Source: Vicugna vicugna
Lineage: Eukaryota
Length of the DNA stretch: 64,000 nucleotides
Direction: 5' to 3'
Assembly (NCBI GenBank): GCA_013265495.1
Contig: MU062317.1
Span: 682,001-746,000, forward strand
In this document: in pieces, positions 25,701 to 37,700 of the stretch
Layout of the letters: every line of letters starts with the position of its first letter
How positions within the stretch are numbered: position 1 is the stretch's first letter
The notes under the pieces: model-generated
Seen by the model: only the letters and a program-made list of their open reading frames with translations
What the model was told of the DNA's origin: nothing
The model's database searches: none
Translations under genes and position numbers: made by a program

Positions 25701-28700
25701 GCTTGAGCACCCCCTCCATACGGGAGAGCCTGCCTCCACAATGGCTCCCCCCTGCCCTCCAGCCGCCAGTCTGACCCCAGAGCAGGCGGGGTGGCCCTGG
25801 GGCTGTGACCTGTGTCCTGCATGTGTCTGTGTGTGCAGGACCAGGAGCCTACCTGGGTGCATGTGTGACTGTGTGTGAAAACATGCAACTCCTGCAGGTG
25901 AGCCTGTGGGTGTGTGCAGGTGTGTGGCCGTGTGCAGGTATGCATGCACTGGTGTGCTGTGGCGGGGCACACGTAGGCGGGCACCTGGGTGCCACTGGGC
26001 TCATGCGTGTGCCCTGCAGACGTCGACGACTGTGCCGACTCCCCGTGCTGCCAGCAGATTTGCACCAACAGCCCGGGCGGGTACGAGTGCAGCTGCTCCG
26101 CCGGCTACCGGCTCAGCACTGATGGCTGCGGCTGTGAGGGTGAGTGCTGGGCAGCTGGGGAGGCCAGGGGGACGGGCCGCCCTCAGGATGACGTGGGGTT
26201 GGCTCTGCCCACCGTGCTCCGTCTCTGGATGTTGGTTGAGCACCTGCTGACTGCAGGGCTGTGGGGACCTGCCCGCTCCCTCCTGACCTGTGGTCACTGC
26301 ACCCCTGGCTGCTCCCAGCCTGGCCTCCCTCGGGCAGTGCCTCCACTGTCCCTCTGCCCCTGGGGAGAGGGGATGACTGGTGTGTCGCCCAGCGGGCGTG
26401 GCCACCAGGCCACAGTCCGATGGGCAGGGCTGGGGCGGCAGGGGTCTCCTGAGTCCCCGACCCCCCAGGACAGGCTGGGTTTGCCTGCAGATGTGGACGA
26501 GTGTGCCTCCGGCCGGGGTGGCTGTGAGCATCACTGCACCAACCTGGCTGGCTCCTTCCAGTGCTCCTGTGAGGCCGGCTACTGGCTGGATGAGGATCGC
26601 AGGGGCTGTACCCGTGAGTCTCCACCTGGCGCCCCCGGGATCCTGTCCATCAGAAGCACCATGCTCCCTAACTTCTTGGCGCCTCTCCAGGTGCCCCCAC
26701 GCCCATCTTCCTGGCTAGCTGGACCCCCACCTTAGACCTGTGTCTCGCTGTGGGACGGCCCCGGGGCAGCAGGTGGGGGGAGGGGGCTGGACAGACAGGC
26801 ACCTCCAGGGCAGGGTGTTACTCAGGGCTCCCACGGGTCTGGCTTCTACCCTGCCCAGGTGAGAGAAGAGACACCATTTCCAGCACTGAGGACAGTGTCC
26901 AGAGGCACAAAGTGCTGTCCCTGTCCCCACACCTGCTGCATGCTCAGGGTCCTTAGGGCAGTGTGGGAGCCAGGGCGACTGGGGTGCATGTGGCATGGGT
27001 CCGGTCCTTGGGGCCTGGAGCTTCCTCTGTCCTGAGGAGTAGGGTCAGGGGCACAGCTGGGATGGCCTCCGCCACAGGGGTGGGGAGGGGCGTGGCGGGG
27101 GCTGTAAGTGGGAGCCCTGGGGTGGCTCAGGCCCTGCGCTTCCTCTGGGCACAGCCCTGAGGAGGACAGGTGGGCGGCAGGGGCTCAGGGGTCCTTGTGC
27201 CCCCCCCAGCCCTGGAGGTGCCCGAGGTGGGCCTGGACGGCCACCTGCCCCTGTTGCGGCCCCTCCCGCCCATCACGGTGCTCCAGGACCAGCTGCCCCA
27301 CCTCTTCCAAGACGACTACTTCGGGGCCGAGGAGGAGGAGGAGGAGGAGGAGGAGGCAGAGGCCCGGGGCGAGCACACACTGGAGGAGAAGTTTGGTGAG
27401 AGGGGGGCCCATCCCCGGGGCTTCTGTCCCAGTGCCCCCTCGGGCCAGGCCGCTGCCCACCCTGTGGTCTTGGGTGCGAGGAAGGGCCCCCGCGATAGCC
27501 TCGTTTGACCGAGGCTCAGAGAGGCCAAGCTGCCTGTTCAGCTGGCCCAGCACGTCTGCGGCGGAGCCTGGCTGGCTGGGGCCCCAAGCGCCTCACTCTG
27601 GGCTCTACCAGGCCCCAGCATCTGGCTTCCACGTCTCAGTTTGCCCACGTGGGGCCTTTCTGAGGACACCCCTTGTGTCCCCTTCTCTGGCCTGAGGGCC
27701 TGAGCCGACCTCTGTGCACCGGAGCCCGGATGGGCTCTGGGCCCCGGCTCAGGATCTGAGGCCCCTCCCCTGGCCTGCCCCCCCCAGTCTGCCTGGACGA
27801 CTCCTTTGGCCCCGACTGCAGCTTGACCTGTGAAGACTGCAGGAATGGAGGGACCTGCCTCCCAGGGCTGGACGGCTGTGACTGCCCCGACGGCTGGACC
27901 GGGCTCGTCTGCAACGAGAGTGAGGCTGCTGCGGGCGCGGGGGCGGGGACCGGGTGCACAGCACGTCCGGCTCAGTCCCGCCTGCTGGCCCACATTCCCT
28001 GGCCCACTCGCTCACTCCTCAGGGTCTCCTGGCTGCCTGCCCCGTGCCAGGCCCTGGGGGCTGGCAGGGCCGGGTGTCTGCCCCTCACAGACGTCACAGT
28101 CAACGAGGGTCCAGTGACAAGCCAGCCAATAACTAAGACACGAGGGGTCTGAGGAGGAGCAGCGGGCGGGTGGGCTGGTCGTGCCCACAACCTCGGGGCG
28201 GGGGGCGATGGCTCCCCAAGCCACGCAGCATGATGGTAGCTGGAGAATGCGTGAAAACTGCTCTCCCAGCCTCTGTCCGGAGGCTGTCCGCTCCCTGCCC
28301 AGCAACCCCAGGCCCGAATGGCAGTGGTAGTTTTGTCTCAAGGCCACAGTGACTGTCTCTGAAAGTGCTGGTTGAGAAGGTGGACAGTCAGAGGGGGAGA
28401 GGATGTGGTGATCCATTAGCGATGCCTGCCATGCGTGTGGGCGGGGGCATGGGGCGCGGGCGCCACCGGTGGCTGCTCCGGGCAGGTGCTGCCGAGGGGG
28501 GGAGGCGTGAGCCCCAGAGGGTGTCTCAGGGTCTCTGGAGAGACTCCTGGGCCCAGAGCCCTGCGGGCTGGTGACCCTCGTGTCTCTCTGTCCCACTGCA
28601 GCTTGTCCTCCTGACACCTTCGGGAAGAACTGCAGCCTCTCCTGCAGCTGTCAGAATGGCGGGACCTGCGACCCTGTGACGGGGGCCTGCCGCTGCCCTC

Positions 28701-31700
28701 CGGGTGTCAGCGGGGCCCACTGCGAGGATGGTGGGTGCAGCCCTCTGTGCCCCGGGGGCCGTCCTGGTGGGAAGGGGGGGCGCCACCTCCCAGCTCCTGG
28801 GCTTCAGAAGAAGACCCCCCACTGCTGCAGAAGGAAGGCGGCCGGCTCCTCAGACCTTCTGCCAGCAAACGTAGCTCATGTGTCAAGGACTTCCCTTCGT
28901 AGCAGCAGGTGGTAGTGGCCGGGCCCCGTCCCCAGCGCCTGGGTGGCCAGTGTGAGCTCTGTGCGGCAGGGCTCGAAGCCCCGGGGCACCAGGCAGGGCT
29001 TTCGGCCTCCTCCCTCTGGTCAGCTTCTTGGTCCGTCCCTGCCTTCTGTGGCCATCTGCCACTTCTACTCCGGCAAGGGCTGAAAACCCCCGCCTGCTGG
29101 CGGCTGTGCGTGTAGGGCCCTGAACGGCCCAGGGGATGCCGGCAGATGGAGGGTCTGCGTGGTGGTACTTCTTGCGATGCGGCGTGGCTCCCTGGAGACT
29201 CGGTCTCGCTGGGGTCCTGTGGGTAAAGCGTGCCCCCCAGGTGAGCCTCTGTTTCCAGGGGCCTCTGTACCGGGTTCCTAGACCCCCGTGTCCCGGCTTG
29301 TGGCCGCTCCCTCCAGTCTCTACCTCCGTCCTCCTGTGGCCCCTCTTCCTGTCTCCAGCCTCCTCCTCCTTTCTCCTCTAAGGACAGTTGTTGGATTTAG
29401 GCCCCTCGGACAATCCGGGATGGTCCCACCTGGAGAGCCTGGTGATCAGGACGTGGATGTACCTTGGGGTCACGAGCCAGCTCCCTGGGGCCCTTCAGGA
29501 GGCAGGAAGGGGGCCAGACTGAGGTGGAGGGAAGCCCCTGGGGACGGAAAACCAGCGCCCCTTCCTCACCCTGAGCCCCCTGTGCTTGGGCCTGTGTCCT
29601 CCCCCGTGAGGTCCGGAGGTCAGGCTGGGTGACCACCCAGGGACGGATGTCAGAACGCTGTAGGTGCCGCTCAGACAGGGAGAGCGTCTCCCACAAGTGC
29701 TGGGGGTGCACTTGGTCTCCCACCCCGGCCACCGTCCAGGCCACAGACCCTGGGGGCCCAGGGCAGACGGCCGTGTCCCTGGGGCTCCTGTGATGCCTGC
29801 CCTGCCCTCGTGATGCCCTTGCCACCCCCGGGACTGCCCTGTCTGCGGTGCAGGGCCCTCGGGCTGCTGGTGGCCTGAAGCCCTCTGGCCGCGCCCCGGT
29901 GGCCTGTGCCATTCCTGCCTCATGTGCTGAACACTGGGGCCCCTTGGAGCATCTCCTCGGGTGGGGGCCGTGTCCAGGTGGGCAGTCAAGAGTCCCCCTC
30001 TCTCTAGGCTGCCCCAAGGGCTTCTATGGCAAACACTGCCGCAAGAAGTGCCACTGTGCCAACCGGGGCCGGTGCCACCGCCTCTACGGGGCCTGCCTCT
30101 GTGACCCAGGGCTCTATGGCCGCTTCTGCCACCTGGGTGAGTCCTGCCGCCCGCTGGCCGCGTGTCTGGGGGCGGGAGGCGGTGCCACAGCATGGGCCAG
30201 GTGCTCCCGCGCCTTCCTGCCCGTGGTCCGGCTTGGGTTCCACCGTCACCATTTACAGATGAGGACCAGGGGCTCAGCGAGGTCCCTAGCTGGGGTGTGA
30301 GGTCTGCCATGGGTCTCTGGACTGCCCTGGCCTCCAAGTGTCCAGGTGGCTGGTCCCAGCCCCAGCCAGGCTGATGGGGGTGCTACAGGTGTGGGCAGGG
30401 GCAGGCTTCCCTCCGAAGCGTCCGGGATGCAGGGCTCATCTGGGCTTTTGGAGTTTCCTGGCTGCAAGGGCGAGTCCTGAACCCCTGGTGGGGTCACCCG
30501 CCCTGGGTCCACAGACGCCGGGGATGGGAGAGGCTGGGAGAGCGGGTGGCAGGTGGAGAAGAGCTGGGTAACTGGCAAGCGGACTTCATCCCAGCGGCTT
30601 TTGTAAAAGGATGTTTAAGGCAGGGAAATGGGGACTCCGAGCGTTTCCTGCTGGGAAGCGCTGGACCCAGGGCAGATCCCAGAGCCTCTGAGTCCCTGCT
30701 TCTGGGCTGTGAAATCAGCACGACAGCACAGCTCTCCAGGATCCCAGCGGCTCTGCGCGGGGTCCCGGACACAGCTCAGTGAACGGGGCTGGGGACCCTG
30801 GATGGGGGAGGCAGTGGGCAGGCCTACCTTACAGTTCTGTGGGTGCAGCCTGCCCCCCATGGGCCTTCGGGCCGGGCTGCTCAGAAGAGTGCCGGTGTGA
30901 GCAGAGGAACACACGTGCGTGCGACAGGAGGGACGGCCGCTGTGCCTGCAGGGCTGGCTTCAGGGGCGAGCGGTGCCAGGACGGTGAGTGCGAGCCCCGG
31001 GGCTGGCTGAACCCTGCAAGACCCTCTCCCTTCTCCCCTGCAGAGTGCGAGCCGGGCCTCTTTGGACTGGGGTGCCAGCAGGCGTGTACCTGCCCCCTGG
31101 GCGTGACCTGTGACCCCGTGAGTGGCAAGTGTGGGGAGCAGTGTCCTGCCGGCTACCAGGGCGAGGACTGTGGCCGAGGTGAGCAGCTGGCCCCCTGCCC
31201 GGGCCCAGGGTCTGGGTGGGATGTGGGTCATCTGGCTCGTACTGGGCACCAGAAGTGCTCCGAGTCGGGGCAGAGTCAGCCCTGCAGCCTGGCCTGGGTG
31301 GCACCTTCACCTGCTGTGTCCCCGCCCTGGTCACACGGTGGTGACTCAGCCGCAGGTCTGCCTGTCCCTGTACCCTGAGAGGGCCGCTCCGGGAGGAGCT
31401 CACAGACGCACGTGTGTGTGCGCGTGTGCACGTGCAGGGTGGCGCGGAGGAGGGGTCGGTGCCTCTCCCAGACCGTTCCCTCCCTCGCTCATTCCATGGA
31501 GCATCCTGGGCGAGCTTTGTGCTGGAGGCCGGGCCATGGGGCTCCTTCCTGGTGGGTCTGAGCAAGCAGGACAAGGGCAGCTGCTCCTGCAGGTGGCGGC
31601 TCTCAGGGAAGTCCGGGTGGGAGGTGCTGGCGTCGGGCATGGGTGATGACGGAAGGCCGTCCACGTGATGTCCAGGCCCGGATGATGTGAATGGATCCAG

Positions 31701-34700
31701 AGTGCAAACGAGGCTGGAGGGCGGGGGGGCCCCCACATTTATGTGTCTGGTAGCTGAGGGTGGGTGGAGGAGCCCTCGATGTGAGTGGTGGGGCTGCCGT
31801 GGCCACCGACAGGGGAGGGCAGGTCGAGACCTCAGCCAGCACAGGCCACACTGTTCTCACCCACTGGCCAGGGTGGGTGGGGCCTGTGCTGTGACTGGCG
31901 TGACCCCGGCCAGGGGCAGTGGCTCAAGTGCCCCTCAGTTAGAACTCCTGGCCCAGCTGGCCCGTCCCCCTGGGGAGCAAGGAGGAGGGCCTGGGGGCCA
32001 CTGCCCAGCCTGAGCTAACAGGCCTGGCCCCTCCTGCGTGCTGGTCCCTGAGACCCCACAGAGGATTCCAGGAGGGGTGTGTGTAGGGGTCAGAACCCAG
32101 CCTGGACCCCCCCCAACCAAGCCCGGCCTGCACCCTGGGGGGCTCTGTGATCTCGGGTGCCTTCAGCAAAGCCAGCACTTCGTCCCATCGTCAGACAGCG
32201 CGGGAGCGGTGGGCACACTCACGTGACACGGCTCAGCCTCCTCCGGCTCCCCTAACCCTGTCCCCTTCCCCCCGATCCCAGACGCTCACGCGCCGTCCAC
32301 TCCTGTGGGCCCTGCCCGCCCTCTCCAGCGGCTCGTGTGCCGAGACAGGGAAGGGCCTTCACCCCCAGGCTTCCCTGCTGGTCTCCTTGGTCTTTCTTTT
32401 CCCTTTTTCTTGAAAAGCCTCTGGAGCCCTAAGGATGAGCCGCAGGAAATGACACGTTTATACAGCATGATGGGCTCCCCGCTGCCATTGGGTCCAGGAA
32501 GTTCTTACCGCCCTAAACAGGGATCTGCCCTTAGTTAGCGGAGCGGGGCCTCCCCAAGGCCTGGCGGGGTGGCTCCATCCGGCACCGCCGAGCCTCCTCC
32601 CTGCCGGGCCTCCTCCCCGCCGGGCCCACGCTGCGTGGGTGTGTCCTGCTGTGCACGCGGGTGCTGCGCCGGGCCGCCTAGTGCGTGCGCTGCCATCCTG
32701 CTGGCAGGCCTGTGCTCGCGGCGGGATGTGGGTGGGCTTCCGCAGGGCATGGACCCTCCTGGCAAGGGCTCGTCTGGTGTACCCTCTGTCTGGAGCCCAT
32801 CTCATAGCCCTTGAGGCCCCAGGCCTGGGACCCTGCCCCGGTCTGCTGACACCTTCCGCCCCAGGCAGGGCGCCTCCTCTGTTCTCAGCCCCGCCAGGTG
32901 TCTTGGTCAGGGGACTCTGATCTCCTGATGTGGAGTGTGGCCCCGAGCCCGCCCTCTCCAGCTGCTGTGCTGGCCCTCCTGGGCCAGGAGCATTTCTTCC
33001 AGCAGCATCAGAGCGATCTTCTCACTGCCTGGGTTACCGCCCCAGCCGAGGCAGGTGTAGGGGCTGCGGAAGGCCCTGCAAGGCCAAGGGGAGCAGCCAC
33101 TGCAGCCCTCACAGGTGGCTTCGCCCTCTGTCCCTGACTTCTTTCCTGAAGCCCTGCATGGGCCCAGAGTCATCAGGCCACTGCTGCCTGGGACACTATC
33201 TCTCCTGAACATGGAGGTGACCACAGAGGGCCCCAGGGTGGACCAAAGTGGGAGGAAGAAAGGCAGAGTGGGCCCTGCCTCCTGCTCCCAGGTGCTGTCC
33301 AGGGTCCTGGCTCCCTCTAACCCGTCCCTGCTGTTCTGTGGCCTCCAGGCCACCCCTCATCACTGCTCCCCGACACACGGTCCGCCCGAGCAGGCCTCCC
33401 TGCCCTGCCCACTCCTGTGAGTGCCCTTGTCACCTAGGGGACACCGGCTGTGTCCAGCAACCTTGCTGGGGCGGGGGCAGGTGTCAGGGTGGGGCCCAAG
33501 GGGAGGAGGGCAGCTCTGCATGGGCGTGGCTGAGGCTCTCCCGTTCCCTCCTACAGAGTGTCCGGAGGGGACGTTTGGCCTGAACTGCTCAGGCTCCTGC
33601 TCCTGTGGGGGAGCCTCCTGTGACAGAGTCACAGGGCAGTGCCTGTGCCCGCCTGGGAGGACGGGTGGCGACTGTGGGGCAGGTGAGCGGCAGCTGGACC
33701 CTGGGGGCCCCTTGCCCCACCCCGTGCATGACTCCCAGCCGTGTTCGCAGACCCTGGCCCTGGGCAGTGTTTGGGGAACCCTGGCCCCAGCCTTGGAGGC
33801 CTGCAGACCCCAGGCCTGTCCACAGCAGCTGCAAGAGCTCACACCTACCAGCCTTGGGTCTGGACGTGGGGTCTGTGCCTCCCCATGGCCCTGCCCATGC
33901 AGGGGCACCGGGAACCTGTTGGCCGTGGGGACATCTTGGCCAGCAGCCCCCAGCCCTCCCTGGGCCTGTGGTTTGTCTTCTAAGCTGCCTGTTCGCTGCA
34001 TGGGGGTCTCCCCATCTCTCTGGTGGGCCCCCCATTTTGCCTGTGGAGCCATCCTGGGCCAGGGGCCCCCATCCTGGGGCTGGGCACCTGTAGCCTGTGG
34101 CCCCAAGGGGGATGGGGTTCCCATGACCTGCCCGTTTCCCTCCCCGGGACAGCTCAGGTGGGAACAGGGGTTCCTGCTTGCACACGGGCCCAGCTAGGCC
34201 CCGCGGGAGACTGACTGGCTGTTGGGGTGGGGGCTAGATTGTCCTGAGGGCCGCTGGGGGCTCGGGTGCCAGGAGATCTGCCCGGCCTGCGAGCACGGTG
34301 CTGCCTGTGAGCCTGAGACCGGAGCCTGCCTGTGCCGTCCCGGCTACACGGGCAGCCGCTGCCAGGACTGTGAGTGCCGCCCCCCCCCGCCCTCAGCCCG
34401 CGCCTGCGATCCCCCAGCCCCACCGCGCTCACAGTCCCTCCACCTGCAGCGTGCCCGGCAGGCTGGTTTGGGCCCAGCTGCCAGACCAGGTGCTCCTGTG
34501 CCAATGATGGGCACTGTCACCCGGAGACGGGACGTTGCAGCTGTGCCCCTGGGTGGACCGGCCTCAGCTGCCAGAGAGGTAGCGCCCCCCACAAGCCCCG
34601 CCCCGGATAAGCCTTCCCCCAGGCCCCTCCCCCGGCCTGGCTGTGCGCCCGTGGGCTCTGCCGGGCCTGCTCGGGGTGACCTGGCCTCTATTGCAGCCTG

Positions 34701-37700
34701 TGACAGCGGGCACTGGGGACCTGACTGCAGCCATACCTGCACCTGCATCCCAGGCCACGGGAGCTGCGACGCCGTCAATGGCCTGTGCCTGTGTGAGCCT
34801 GGCTACGTGGGCCCGCAGTGCGAGGAGCGTGAGTCCTGGCCCAGCCCACACGTGTGCACACACGGGCACATGCACACGCACACAAGCACGTGTCAGGGAC
34901 CCAGTCCTGCCCTCCTGTCCACAGGCAGGCTGCCTGGACTAGGCCCCTCTCTCCCACCTGCCAAACGGAAGGCCCACCTGGAGCAGTAGGCAGGGCAGGG
35001 TGGGGCCAGTTGCACCACACGGGGCACCTGGCACCTGCAGGAGGGGTGGACGGTTCTGCTAAGGACTGAGACCATGCCCTTCAGTGTATACTCCCCACCC
35101 CCGGCTGAGTTGGTGGGTCCGGGCTGGAGCTGGGGCTCCCTCCTCCCCAGGGCTCAGCTCCTGGCTGGGCCAGGGGGCAGAGGCAGAGGCCTTGGGCGGG
35201 GAGGTGCTTTTCCTGCCCCACAGTCCCAGGCCTGGACTGGGTGGCAGAGGCCTGGGCAGGGCTGGGTCAGGTTCACTGTCCCCTGGCTGACGGTCTGGTG
35301 TCTCAGGGTGTCCCCAGGGCCACTTTGGGCCGGGTTGTGAGCGGCAGTGCCAGTGTGAGCACGGAGCAGCCTGCGACCATGTCAGTGGGGCCTGCACCTG
35401 CCCAGCTGGCTGGAGGGGAACCTTCTGCGAGCGCGGTGAGCTGGGGCTGGGGCTGGGGTGGCCGGGAGCGAGGGCGGGGCCCGTGAGCCCTGGCCGGCAC
35501 CTGTATCACCGCCCCTGCCTGCAGCCTGCCCGGCCGGCTTCTCTGGAGTGGACTGCCGCCATGCCTGTGACTGCAGCCCCGGGGTCCCCTGCGATGCCGT
35601 GAGCGGCTCCTGCCTCTGCCCTGCTGGCCGTCGGGGCCCCCGCTGCGCCCAGAGTGCGTGAGGCCCCGTCGTCCCTGGGTGCTGCCGGTTAGGGCTGGGG
35701 TGGGGTTAGGGTTAGTTTCTGTCTGTGTTCGCCCTGAATGGTGCCCAGGCCAGAAGGAGGGCAGATGGACAGCAGCCGCCCGGGACCGCTTGCTGCAGCC
35801 CCTCCCAGGGTCCATTTCCCCAGGCCCCTGACCGCCCCTCTCTCCTGCAGCCTGCCCGGCCCACACGTATGGGCACAACTGCAGCCAGGCCTGCTCCTGC
35901 TTTAATGGGGCCTCCTGTGACCCTGTCCACGGGCAGTGCCGCTGTGGCCCTGGCTGGACTGGGCCTGCCTGCCTGCAGGGTAAGCCCCTCCCGGGAGGCT
36001 GGGCCGGGCATCATGCTTGCCCCTCACTGGGCTGTGCAGGGTGACGTAGGGTGGGATGCTGGGTGGACGTAAAGCTCACTGGGAATGGTGAGTGGGGAGG
36101 ACCGGGGCCCGTCATGCCCCCACGGGGCTCCCCTCAGCCCGGGCCACACCCCTCAGCCGTGAGCCCTGGGATGCTGGGTTGGTGGGCCCGGGGAGCCCTG
36201 GGCAGGTCGTCCTAGAGAAAGCCCTGGGCAAGAGCCTGGTGTTAGGCCTTGAGGCAGGCCTGCAGATCCGCCTGGGCTGGCCCTCCACGGAGAGAGAGGT
36301 TCAGGCCCCCGCTGGCTGGTGGGATGCTGCGAGTGGCTCCTCTCCCTGTGCCCCAGCCTGCCCCGCTGGCTTCTATGGCGAGAACTGTCAGCATTCCTGC
36401 CTCTGCCAGCACGGGGGCACCTGCGACCCTGTCTCAGGTCACTGCACCTGCCCGGAGGGCTGGGCCGGCCAGGCCTGTGAGATGGGTGAGCACTGAGCAG
36501 GTGGCGGAGGGAGGGGGGACCCTGGGGATCTGTGGGACCCAGAGCCAGCACCCAACGTGCCCTGGCATGGCCCCTCTCCCTCCGTGGCCAAAGACGGCTG
36601 CCTGGTGTAGAGCGACGTGGTCCTGGGTGTGGCTTGCAGTGTGGCCAGACAGCAGCCTCGCCCCTCGCTGGGCACCTCTTCTTCCCGAGGACATGGGATC
36701 CCGGGCTCTGGATAAGGAAGGGTGGGCGGGGCGGGAGGGGCCTCCTGGGTCCCAGTGGCATTGCCCTGCCCCAGGAGTGGACCCTCCGCCGTTCACGCCT
36801 CCACAGAGTGCCTCCCAGGGTCCTTTGGAGCCGGCTGCCAGCGCCGCTGCACGTGCCTCAACGGCGGCCTCTGTGACCGGCACACAGGCCGCTGCCTCTG
36901 CCCGGCCGGCTGGGCCGGGGACCAGTGCCAGAACCGTGAGTGGGGCAGGTTAGGGGCCAGTGTGGGGAGGTCCAGAGGCTCCCAGGCCCATCCAGGGTGG
37001 CCTCAGGCTCACCCAGGGTGTGGGGGCCTCACTGAGGGGGTCAGCTGTCAGGTCAGGGGCGAGGCTGCTGTCTGAGCTCCAGGGCCCCCTGAGGGAGGCC
37101 CTCTGCCCAGGATGCCGGCCCTGGAGCAAGACTCAGCCCGCCCGCCTGCCTCCTTCCGCACAGCCTGTGCCGAGGGCACGTTCGGGGTCGGCTGTGAAGA
37201 GCGCTGTGCCTGCCTGCAGGGAGCCACCTGCCACCGCGTCACGGGGGCCTGCCTCTGCTCCCCGGGATGGAGGGGCTTGCGGTGTGAGAACGGTGAGCCC
37301 CTGGCTCCGCCAGCACCCAGGGTTGGGTGGGGCCCTCACACTGTGACCCCCGGGGCCTGTGCTGGTCCAGGCTCCCCCCCACCGCCGCCCGCGCCTCCCC
37401 GCAGCCTGCCCGCAGGGCTGGTTTGGAGAGTCCTGTGCCCAACGCTGTCAGTGCCCGCCTGGCGCCGCCTGCCACCACGTCACTGGGGAGTGTCACTGCC
37501 CCCCCGGCTTCACAGGGCCCGGCTGTGAGCAAGGTAGGTGACCCAGCTGGGTGGGCCCAGGTGGTGGGCGGTTCAGGCCGCCCCTGTGCTGTGCCTCTAA
37601 ACCTCTACCTCTAGAAGGGGTAGTGGGAGTGACTCTGGGAGGATGCCTGCTCTGGGCCGGACCCGGACTGACCCCCTCCCGCCTGCGCCCCAGCCTGCCC

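Noticed and set aside
31643-31757. C/D-box snoRNA-like pattern (GTGATGA ... CTGA)
   Set aside because: No terminal stem, no obvious rRNA/snRNA antisense element, far from the acceptor
35688-35716. Telomere-like ttagggttag within a G-rich run
   Set aside because: Fewer than two full TTAGGG units in tandem; ordinary intronic G-runs
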